A DNA stretch of 51,039 bases from Deltaproteobacteria bacterium (GTDB lineage: Bacteria > Myxococcota > JACRCW01): positions 1-51,039 of the forward strand of contig JACRCW010000106.1 in the NCBI GenBank assembly GCA_016218805.1, written 5' to 3'. Below the pieces are notes generated by a model, which was not told where the DNA came from, did no database searches, and was given only the letters and a program-made list of their open reading frames with translations. A program made the position numbers and the translations under genes. Positions 18,828 through 27,074 of this stretch are shown here, one piece after another. Within the stretch, counting starts at the first letter, position 1. Each line of letters starts with the position of its first letter.

Positions 18828-20048
18828 ATGCGCCGCATACTCCTGCCCATTGTCCTGTCCCTGCTGGCCTGCCAGCGCCCGCCGGAGGCCCCCACCGGCC
18901 CGGCCCGCGGCGAGGTGGCGCGCCGGCTGGAAGGCCTGCCGCGCGTCCCGGTGGCGACGTCCGCCGTGGAGCAGCAGGAGCTGTCCCGCACGCTGGAACT
19001 GACCGGGTCACTGCAGGCGGAGGACCAGTCCAACGTGGCCACCGTGCTGCCCGGCGTGGTGGCGGACACGCCGGTGGACGTGGGTGACGTGGTGAAAAAG
19101 GGTGACGCGCTGCTGCGCCTGGATGACCGTGACGCGCGGCTGCGGCTGCTGGCCGCGCAGGCGGGGCTCATGCAGGCGCGCGCGCGGCTCAACCTCCCGT
19201 TGGAGGACCCCGCGGACGGGCAGCCGCGGCCGCAGGTGGCCGTGGAGTCCCTCCCGGAAATCCGCATGGCGCAGGCGGGCGTGGAATCCGCGCGGTTGGA
19301 CCTGGAGCGCAACAGGAAGCTGTACGACGAGAAAGCGGTCAGCCAGCAGATGATGGACCTGTCCCGCCTCAAGATGGACCAGGCGCAGGCCGGGCTGGAC
19401 CAGGCGCGCAACGGGATCCTGCAGGCCATGGCGGGGCTGGCCAACGCGGAGGCCCAGGTGCAGATGGCGCGCAAGGCGGTGGCGGACATGACGGTGCGCG
19501 CGCCCTTCCACGGCGCCGTGGTGCGCCGCAACGTCAGCGTGGGGGAGTACGCCGCCCCGCAGGCCCCGGTGGTGCAGCTGGTCCGCTCTGACGTGCTGCG
19601 CCTGCTGCTGGACGTGCCGGAGAGCGCGGTGACCACGGTGATGCCCGGGCTGGACGTGGAAGTGTCCGTGCAGGGCCTGGGCGGGGTCACGGTACGCGGC
19701 AAGGTGGCGCGCGTGGCGCCCGCGGTGGACGGCGTCACGCGGTCACTGCGGGTGGAGGCGCGGGTGGACAACAAGGACGGCCGGCTGCGGCCGGGGATGT
19801 TCGCCACGGCCAAGACGCTGCTGCCCGCGCGGGACCTGGCGCTGTTTGTGCCGCGGGAGGCGGTGATCACGCAGTCCGGTACCAGCCGCGTGTTTGTGGT
19901 GCGCGGGGACCACGTGGAGGAGCGCATTGTGGTCCTGGGCGAAGCGCGCGACACCGCGGTGGAGGTGCGCGGGCCGCTCAAGCCGGGTGACCGCGTGGTG
20001 GTGAAGAACGTGGACAAGCTGGTGGATGGTGCGCCGGTGGAGGGCTGA
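18828..20048 (+). CDS. RND efflux periplasmic adaptor (membrane fusion protein)
   Basis: Lipobox LLA-C; 'VDVGDVVKKGD.L', 'VRAPFHG', 'LRPGMF'. Confidence 0.93.
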   Translation: MRRILLPIVLSLLACQRPPEAPTGPARGEVARRLEGLPRVPVATSAVEQQELSRTLELTGSLQAEDQSNVATVLPGVVADTPVDVGDVVKKGDALLRLDDRDARLRLLAAQAGLMQARARLNLPLEDPADGQPRPQVAVESLPEIRMAQAGVESARLDLERNRKLYDEKAVSQQMMDLSRLKMDQAQAGLDQARNGILQAMAGLANAEAQVQMARKAVADMTVRAPFHGAVVRRNVSVGEYAAPQAPVVQLVRSDVLRLLLDVPESAVTTVMPGLDVEVSVQGLGGVTVRGKVARVAPAVDGVTRSLRVEARVDNKDGRLRPGMFATAKTLLPARDLALFVPREAVITQSGTSRVFVVRGDHVEERIVVLGEARDTAVEVRGPLKPGDRVVVKNVDKLVDGAPVEG

Positions 20049-20052
20049 ACGC

Positions 20053-23000
20053 ATGCAGTGGCTTTCAGAGATCTGTGTCCGGCGGCCCGTGTTTGCCAGC
20101 GTGCTGGTGCTCACGCTCATTGTCGTGGGGCTGTTTGGCTACGGCGCGCTGGGCGTGGACCGCTTCCCCAAGATTGATTTCCCGTTTGTGGTGGTCATCA
20201 CCGTGCTGCCCGGCGCCGCGCCGGAAGAGGTGGAGACGGAGGTGACCGATCTCATTGAGGAGGCGGTCAACACCATCAGCGGGATTGACGAGCTGCGCTC
20301 CAGCTCCGCGGAGGGAGTCAGCCAGATCTACATCCAGTTCAACCTGGAGAAGAGCCTGGACGTGGCGGTGGCGGAGGTGCGGGACAAGCTGGGCACCATC
20401 ACGCGCGTGCTGCCCAAGGGCGTGGACCCGCCGGTGGTCATGCGCATGGACCCGGACGCCATGCCGGTGGTGACGCTGTCAGTGTCATCAGACGCGCCGC
20501 TGCGGGACATCACGGAATACGCGGACCGCGTGCTGCGGCGCCGGCTGGAGAACGTGCGCGGCGTGGGGCAGGTCACCATGCTGGGCGGGCGGCTGCGGCA
20601 GGTGAACGTCACGGTGGACGCCTCCCGCCTGCGCTCCTACGGACTGACCGCGCTGGACGTGCAGCGCGCGCTGGCCAGCCAGAACCTGTCCTTCCCCGGC
20701 GGGACGGTGGACCAGGGCGCCATGCAGTACACGCTGCGCACGCAGGGCCGCGTGGAGAGCGTGGCGGAGCTGGGACAGGTCATCATCACCAACAAGGGCT
20801 CCAACCTGATACGCGTGGCGGACGTGGCCACGGTCACGGACGGTGAGGAGGAGCCCGAAACCGTAGCCATCCTCAACGGCCGGTCCTCCGTGGTGCTCAC
20901 CGTCAAGAAGCAGTCCGGCACCAACACCGTGGAGGTGGTGGACCTGGTCAAGGACCGCGTGAAGGAGCTGGAGAAGCAGCTGCCCGCGGGCACCACCGTC
21001 ACCATTGTCAATGAGCAGGGGCGGTACATCAAGGCGGCCCTCAAGGCGGTGGAGGAGCACCTGGTGTTGGGCAGCCTGCTGGCCGCGCTGGTGGTGCTGC
21101 TGTTCCTGGGCAACTGGCGCTCCACGCTGATTGCCGCCATTGCCATTCCCACCAGTGTCATCTCCACCTTTGCGTTCATGAAGGCCATGGGCTTCACGCT
21201 CAATGTGCTCACGCTGCTGGCCCTCACCCTGTGCGTGGGTATCGTGATCGACGATGCCATCGTCGTGCTGGAGAACATCGTCCGGTTCGTGGAGAAGAAG
21301 CGGATGAAGCCGTTTGATGCCGCCATTGAGGCCACGCGTGAAATCGGCCTCGCGGTGCTGGCCACCACCATGTCCCTGGCCATCATCTTCATTCCGGTGG
21401 CGTTCATGAGCGGCATTGTGGGCCGGTTCATGCACAGCTTTGGGCTCACCATGGCGTTTGCCATTGTGGTGAGCATGGTGGTCAGTTTCACCCTCACGCC
21501 CATGCTGAGCGCGCGCTGGCTCAAGCCCGGCAAGCACGGCCCGGGCACGGCGGACCCCCACGCGCCGCATACCCCGGCTGCTGCCACGTCGGCGGAGGGC
21601 GGGGACCACCCGCGCAACTTCCTGTTTGACCCGATTGAGCGCGCGTACACGGTGCTGCTGCGCTTCTGCCTCGACCACCGCTGGGTGGTGGGCCTGCTGA
21701 TGGTGGCCACGGTGGCCAGCCTGGTGCCCAGCTTCAAGGCGGTGAACAAGAACTTCCTGCCGCTGGACGACGAGAGCCAGTTTGGCGTGTACATCCGCGC
21801 GGCGGAGGGGACCACGCTCCGGCAGACCACGTCCATTGCGCAGAAGGCCGCGCGGGCCATCCAGGGCTTCCCGGAGGTGTCCGACGTGCTGGTCACCATT
21901 GGGGATGACGCGGGTAAGACCGCCAACTTTGCCACGCTGCTGGTGAAGCTGGTGGACGCCACCGAACGCACGGATGACCAGGACACCGTGATGGTGCGCG
22001 TGCGCGACACCGTGCTGCCCGCGCTGTCCGAGCAGTACGGGCTGCGCACCAGCGTGGCGCGGTTTGGCATGGTGGGCGGCGGCGGCAACCAGAACGCGCC
22101 GCTGCAGCTGCGCCTGGCCGGCCCGGAGCTGGACCACCTGGCCAAGCTGTCCGAGACCGCCAAGAAGTTCATCAAGGACATCCCGGGCACCGCGGACGTG
22201 GACAGCACGCTCGTTGTTGGTAAGCCGGAACTGCGCATCAACCTGGACCGCAACAAGGCCGGGGACCTGGGTGTCAGCGTGGCGGAGGTGGCCAGCACCA
22301 TCCAGTTGATGGTGGGCGGATTGGAGGTCAGCCGCTTTGAGGAGAACGCGCAGCAGTACGACATCTTCCTGCGCGCGGGGCCGGACTTCCGCAGCACGCC
22401 AGAGGGCCTGCTGCAGATCACCGTGCCCTCCCGCAAGGCTGGCACCGTGCGCCTGGCGGATGTGGCCAGCCTGGAGAAGACCACGGGCCCCTCCGTCATC
22501 AGCCGCCTCAACCGCCGCCGTCAGGTCACCGTGACCGCCAACCTGCTGCCGGGAACTTCGCAGGCGCACATCATGGACGCGCTGACGGAGAAGATGGCCA
22601 CGGTGCAGCTGGATGCGGGCTACTCGTATGACTTTGTGGGCATGTCCAAGGAGCAGGCGAAGGCGGGCAAGGCCTTCATGATGGCGTTCCTGCTGAGCCT
22701 CATCTTCATGTACCTGGTGCTGGCCGCGCAGTTTGAAAGCTGGATCCACCCCATCACCATCCTGCTGGCACTGCCCCTCACCCTGCCCTTTGCCATCCTG
22801 TCCATCATCCTGCTGCAGGGCAGCCTCAACATCTTCAGCGGCCTGGGAATGCTGGTGCTGTTTGGCGTGGTGAAGAAGAACGGGATCCTGCAGATTGACC
22901 ACGCCAACCAGCTCAAGGCGGAGGGCATGTCCACGTACGACGCCGTGCTGCAGGCCAGCCGGGACCGGTTGCGCCCCATCCTGATGACGACGGTGGCCTT

Positions 23001-23193
23001 TGTTGCCGGCATGATCCCGCTGGCGCTGTCCCGCGGCACCGGCGCTGCCACCAACAAGGCCACCTCCTCCGTCATCATCGGCGGGCAGCTGATGAGCCTG
23101 GTGCTGACGCTCGTTGCCACACCGGTGGCGTACGTGTGGTTTGACAAGGTGCGGAACCTGTTCGCGTCGCGGCGGGCGCGCAAGCACGGTTGA
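20053..23193 (+). CDS. RND efflux permease (AcrB/AcrD/AcrF family)
   Basis: 'RRPVFA', 'GIVIDDAIVVLENI', 'LTPML', 'AQFES', 'GVVKKNGIL', 'RLRPILMT'. Confidence 0.96.
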   Translation: MQWLSEICVRRPVFASVLVLTLIVVGLFGYGALGVDRFPKIDFPFVVVITVLPGAAPEEVETEVTDLIEEAVNTISGIDELRSSSAEGVSQIYIQFNLEKSLDVAVAEVRDKLGTITRVLPKGVDPPVVMRMDPDAMPVVTLSVSSDAPLRDITEYADRVLRRRLENVRGVGQVTMLGGRLRQVNVTVDASRLRSYGLTALDVQRALASQNLSFPGGTVDQGAMQYTLRTQGRVESVAELGQVIITNKGSNLIRVADVATVTDGEEEPETVAILNGRSSVVLTVKKQSGTNTVEVVDLVKDRVKELEKQLPAGTTVTIVNEQGRYIKAALKAVEEHLVLGSLLAALVVLLFLGNWRSTLIAAIAIPTSVISTFAFMKAMGFTLNVLTLLALTLCVGIVIDDAIVVLENIVRFVEKKRMKPFDAAIEATREIGLAVLATTMSLAIIFIPVAFMSGIVGRFMHSFGLTMAFAIVVSMVVSFTLTPMLSARWLKPGKHGPGTADPHAPHTPAAATSAEGGDHPRNFLFDPIERAYTVLLRFCLDHRWVVGLLMVATVASLVPSFKAVNKNFLPLDDESQFGVYIRAAEGTTLRQTTSIAQKAARAIQGFPEVSDVLVTIGDDAGKTANFATLLVKLVDATERTDDQDTVMVRVRDTVLPALSEQYGLRTSVARFGMVGGGGNQNAPLQLRLAGPELDHLAKLSETAKKFIKDIPGTADVDSTLVVGKPELRINLDRNKAGDLGVSVAEVASTIQLMVGGLEVSRFEENAQQYDIFLRAGPDFRSTPEGLLQITVPSRKAGTVRLADVASLEKTTGPSVISRLNRRRQVTVTANLLPGTSQAHIMDALTEKMATVQLDAGYSYDFVGMSKEQAKAGKAFMMAFLLSLIFMYLVLAAQFESWIHPITILLALPLTLPFAILSIILLQGSLNIFSGLGMLVLFGVVKKNGILQIDHANQLKAEGMSTYDAVLQASRDRLRPILMTTVAFVAGMIPLALSRGTGAATNKATSSVIIGGQLMSLVLTLVATPVAYVWFDKVRNLFASRRARKHG

Positions 23194-23196
23194 GGC

Positions 23197-24513
23197 TCAG
23201 TTACCCAGGCGCTCCCGCAGCCAACTGATGGAGTCCTCCGTCCGCAGCTGCGGGTAGGCAATGAACCCGAACGCCACGTCCGTGTGACCACCGCCCTCCA
23301 CTTCCACGTAGTCCACCACGTTGCCGCCCGCGCGCAGTGCCGCCACCAGTTCCCGCGTTCCGCCAACCAGCACCGTCTCGTCCGCCGTGCCCTGATAGAT
23401 ACGCAGCGGGGCGGTCTGCGTGTACGGGCGCACGCGGTTCACATTGAACGCCGTCTGGATGGACGGATAGGCGGCCAGGTCACCGGTGCCGTAGGCCTGC
23501 AGGAAGTCCGCGTTGAAGATGGCGGCGGGGTCGGTCCCCAGCTCGGAGATGAGCGTGGGACCGGAGTTGGCAAACGGACATCGGGTGGCCATCAGGTTGT
23601 CAATCCGCGCCGCCACGTCCGTGGTCCACAGCTGCTCCGGTGACGACGACGGCGCATAGAAAGCATTGAACGCGTACACCAGCATGGCGTGATAGGCCTG
23701 ATGGGCGCCGGGGACCGTCACGCCCGCGGACCAGTGCTCCAGGAACAGGCTGGCCGGGCCACAGGCGGCAAACGCACGCACGTCCAGCGTGGGGGCGTAG
23801 GACCCGTGCAGTGCGGCGGCGGCAAACGTGGCGTGGCCGCCCTGGCTCAGCCCCACCAGCGCCACGCGCCCCGACACCGGCACGCCCAGGTCCGCCGCCA
23901 GCCGCAGCACCGCGCGCGCGGCGTCCAGGCTGGCGGTGCCTTCGACGCGGGAGACCAGGTAGGGGTGCGTGCCCGGCGTGCCCAGGCCCGGGTAGTCCAC
24001 CGCCGCGCCAATGAACCCACGCGCGCCAAAGCTGCCCGCCAGGCCCGCACCCGCCACGGAGTTCCCCACCGCGCACGGATCATCCAGGCCCGCGGTGCCC
24101 GGGTTGTTGACGACGACGTGCCAACCACCCGCCGGCGCTGCCACGCCCAGCGGCACCGTCACGGTGACGCGCGCGGTGCCCGCCTCCGTGCGGTAGGTGA
24201 CCAGGTGGACCGAGTAGCCGTTGTCCAGCACGGTGTTGGCCGCCACATAGGGACGGAGGTCAGCCACGCTGTACGCCCCCAGGTCCGCGCGGGCCGTGAT
24301 GCAGCCCGCGCAGTCCACGCCACCGGACGAGGGGGAGGCGGCGCTGGAGCCGGCACCCGCGGAGGACGCGGCCGGTTGCGACGAGCCCGGGGCGTGCGAC
24401 GAGGAGGAAGCCGCGGCGCTGGAGGACGCGTGGCCGGCGTCTGCCGGGTCACCGCCGGTGGCGGGAGAGGTGCAGGCGGCAGCGGCAAGGACGACGAGGA
24501 TGGGACCGCGCAT
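23197..24513 (-). CDS. Secreted lipase-like (LIP family) alpha/beta hydrolase lipoprotein
   Basis: Lipobox AAA-C; Ser-rich linker; 'DYPGLGTPGTHPYL', 'GLSQGG', 'QGTADETV', 'GGGH'. Confidence 0.85.
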   Translation of the reverse strand: MRGPILVVLAAAACTSPATGGDPADAGHASSSAAASSSSHAPGSSQPAASSAGAGSSAASPSSGGVDCAGCITARADLGAYSVADLRPYVAANTVLDNGYSVHLVTYRTEAGTARVTVTVPLGVAAPAGGWHVVVNNPGTAGLDDPCAVGNSVAGAGLAGSFGARGFIGAAVDYPGLGTPGTHPYLVSRVEGTASLDAARAVLRLAADLGVPVSGRVALVGLSQGGHATFAAAALHGSYAPTLDVRAFAACGPASLFLEHWSAGVTVPGAHQAYHAMLVYAFNAFYAPSSSPEQLWTTDVAARIDNLMATRCPFANSGPTLISELGTDPAAIFNADFLQAYGTGDLAAYPSIQTAFNVNRVRPYTQTAPLRIYQGTADETVLVGGTRELVAALRAGGNVVDYVEVEGGGHTDVAFGFIAYPQLRTEDSISWLRERLGN

Positions 24514-24539
24514 GATGCGCGCAGATAGCACCGGCGCGG

Positions 24540-25568
24540 TCAGGCTGCGACCGCGGCGTCGCCGGGAACCAGCAGGACCTTCCCGTCAGTCATGTCTTGC
24601 GCGTACGCGCGCAGCGCCTCCGGTGCGCGTTCCAGGGGGAAGCGCGCGCGCACGGTGGAGATGAAATCCGGGTCATGCCACTGCTGCACGCGCACCGCGC
24701 CCTTGAGCAGCGTTGGCAGACGGGACGCCTGGAACAGGTCAGACAGCCAGAAGCCCTCAAGGCGCTTGCGCCCGAACAACAGGTCACCGGGGTTGATGGT
24801 GCAGGGGGCCTCGGACAATGCGCCGTAGATGACGAGGCGGCCACCGCGCGGGAGCGCGCGCAGCACGCGGGCGGACATGTCACCGGCCACCGCGTCAAAG
24901 GCGAGCGTCGCCGACAATTCGCGGCACAGCGCAGCCAGCCGCGCGTCAAAGTCAGGCTCGTGCGTGGACAGCACGTGGCGCGCCCCCAGGCCGCGCAGCA
25001 GTTGCACCTGTGCGGGACGCCGCACCACGTTGAGTGTCTCCACGGACAGGCGCTGCCCCAACCGCACAATCATCCGTCCCAGTTGCCCGGCCGCGGCGGT
25101 CTGCACCACCGCCTTGTGGCCATCCGCCCGCGCCAGGTCCACCAGGGCCCACGCGGTCAGCGGGTTCACCACCAGCATGGCGCCCTGCTCGGTGCTCAGC
25201 GACGGCAGCAGCGGAAAACAGGACGACGCGGCCACCGTGACGTACTCCGCCCAGGTCCCGCTGCCCGCACTGGCCGCCACCGCCACCCGGTGACCCATCA
25301 GCGCGCGCCCCGCCGCGCCCCCGCCGTGGCCCACCACCGTCCCCGCACCTTCAAAGCCGGGGATGGCGGGCAGCGGCCGCCGCGTGCCGTACAGTCCGCG
25401 CGTGAACATGGCGTCCGACGGGTTGATGGGCGCCGCCGCGATGCGGACCAGCACCTCCCCGTCGGCCGGCGTGGGTACCGGCAACTCCACAACGTGCAGG
25501 TTCCCGTCGTATTCGTAGAGTTGGGCGGCGCGCATGCGGGCGGGCAGCGTGCTGGTCTCTGAGCCCAT
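24540..25568 (-). CDS. MDR-family NADPH:quinone oxidoreductase / enoyl-thioester reductase-like protein
   Basis: 'AAPINPSD', 'PGFEGAG', 'VNPLTAW', 'GKVLL'; GGAGG RBS. Confidence 0.9.
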   Translation of the reverse strand: MGSETSTLPARMRAAQLYEYDGNLHVVELPVPTPADGEVLVRIAAAPINPSDAMFTRGLYGTRRPLPAIPGFEGAGTVVGHGGGAAGRALMGHRVAVAASAGSGTWAEYVTVAASSCFPLLPSLSTEQGAMLVVNPLTAWALVDLARADGHKAVVQTAAAGQLGRMIVRLGQRLSVETLNVVRRPAQVQLLRGLGARHVLSTHEPDFDARLAALCRELSATLAFDAVAGDMSARVLRALPRGGRLVIYGALSEAPCTINPGDLLFGRKRLEGFWLSDLFQASRLPTLLKGAVRVQQWHDPDFISTVRARFPLERAPEALRAYAQDMTDGKVLLVPGDAAVAA

Positions 25569-25677
25569 GGCGTCCTCCGGGAGGAAGCTCTAACGCGCGG
25601 GGCCGCGTCGTTGCACGCCGCCTTGCACCCGCCGCGCAGGCGGCCGTAGCGTGAGGCGCATGAAGGTTCCGTCGTCA

Positions 25678-25977
25678 ATGGCGGTACTCAACGTCGGCTT
25701 TGGCAACGTGGTCCCCAAATCCCGCGTGGTGGCCATTGTGTCGCCCGCGTCTGCGCCCATGAAACGGCTCAAGGAGGCTGCGCGGGCCGCGGGCAAGCTG
25801 GTGGACGCCACGCAGGGACGGCGCACACGCGGCATTGTGGTGACGGACAGCGACCACGTGGTGTTGTCAGCCATCCAGGCGGAGACCCTGGCCGCGCGGT
25901 TTGCGTCCGATGCGCTGGACCTGTCCCCGGGCGGTGAGGTGGAGGGGGAGGCAGACGCCGGCGAAACCTGGGACTGA
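25678..25977 (+). CDS. remA: DUF370 / RemA-family regulator
   Basis: 'LNVGFGNVV...[15 protein letters not shown]...[30 protein letters not shown]'; alternative start 25660. Confidence 0.9.
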   Translation: MAVLNVGFGNVVPKSRVVAIVSPASAPMKRLKEAARAAGKLVDATQGRRTRGIVVTDSDHVVLSAIQAETLAARFASDALDLSPGGEVEGEADAGETWD

Positions 25978-26052
25978 GGCCTGCGCTCGCGTTGGCTCCC
26001 CACACTGGGCTAGGCACCGGCGGCCGCGCGCGCGGGCCGGAGGCTGCACCGG

Positions 26053-27033
26053 ATGACCACCGTGGGTTCCCCGTTGATGTGGGCCGGGTTCATCGCGCTC
26101 GTCGCCGCGCTGCTCGCCGTGGACCTGGGGCTGTTCAACCGCAAGGACCACGTCTTTGGTGCCAAGGAGGCTCTGCGCTGGACCGGTGTGTGGGTGACGC
26201 TGGCGCTCGCGTTCGGCGCGGGTCTGGTGCACCTATACGGCTGGAAGGTGGGCCTGGAGTTCTACACCGGTTGGGTCATCGAATACTCGCTGTCCGTCGA
26301 CAACCTGTTCGTCTTCATCCTCATCTTCCGCGTGTTCCGCATTCCCCCGGAGCACCAGCACCGCGTGCTGTTCTGGGGCATCGTCGGCGCGCTGCTGCTC
26401 CGCGTGAGCATGATCCTCGCCGGCGCGGTGCTCGTGTCCCGGTTCCACTGGATCCTGTACGTGTTCGGCGCGTTCCTTGTGTACTCCGGTGTGAAGATCC
26501 TGCTGGGCGTGGGCCAGGAGGACTCGGAGGAGGAACACCCGGAGAAGAACCCGCTGGTGCGCGCGCTGGCCCGCATCATCCCAACCACTGCTCAACTGCG
26601 CGGGCGGGAGTTCTTTGTCACGGAGGAGGGGCGGACCCTGGCCACGCCGCTGCTCATCTGCCTGGTGACCGTGGAGGTGTCTGACGTGGTGTTTGCCGTG
26701 GATTCCATCCCGGCCATCTTTGCCATCACCACCGACCCGTTTGTTGTGTTCACGTCCAACATCTTTGCCATCATGGGCCTGCGCAGCCTGTATTTCCTGC
26801 TGGCGCGCTGGGTGAGCCTGTTCCGCTTCCTGGAGACCGGGCTTGGGATTGTGCTCACGTTTGTGGGCGTCAAGATGCTGGTGGACTACTTTGACATCCA
26901 CCTCCACCCGGCCATCAGTCTGTCCGTGGTGGTGGGCGTGCTGGCGCTCAGCGTGCTCCTCAGCGTGGTCATCCGCCCGCGTGAACCCCCCGCGCCCGCG
27001 CCACCCACCGAGCCCCCCCCACCGGCGGCGTGA
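26053..27033 (+). CDS. terC: TerC/Alx family membrane protein
   Basis: 'EYSLSVDNLFVF', 'QHRVLFWGI.GAL', 'DVVFAVDSIPAI', 'SNIFAIMGLRSLYF'. Confidence 0.95.
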   Translation: MTTVGSPLMWAGFIALVAALLAVDLGLFNRKDHVFGAKEALRWTGVWVTLALAFGAGLVHLYGWKVGLEFYTGWVIEYSLSVDNLFVFILIFRVFRIPPEHQHRVLFWGIVGALLLRVSMILAGAVLVSRFHWILYVFGAFLVYSGVKILLGVGQEDSEEEHPEKNPLVRALARIIPTTAQLRGREFFVTEEGRTLATPLLICLVTVEVSDVVFAVDSIPAIFAITTDPFVVFTSNIFAIMGLRSLYFLLARWVSLFRFLETGLGIVLTFVGVKMLVDYFDIHLHPAISLSVVVGVLALSVLLSVVIRPREPPAPAPPTEPPPPAA

Positions 27034-27074
27034 ACGCCCAGCAGCACGTGACGCGGAATGTTTGAAGGCGGCCG

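Noticed and set aside
25978..26052. yybP-ykoY Mn2+ riboswitch expected upstream of terC/alx
   Set aside because: The gap is only 75 bp and lacks recognisable consensus motifs
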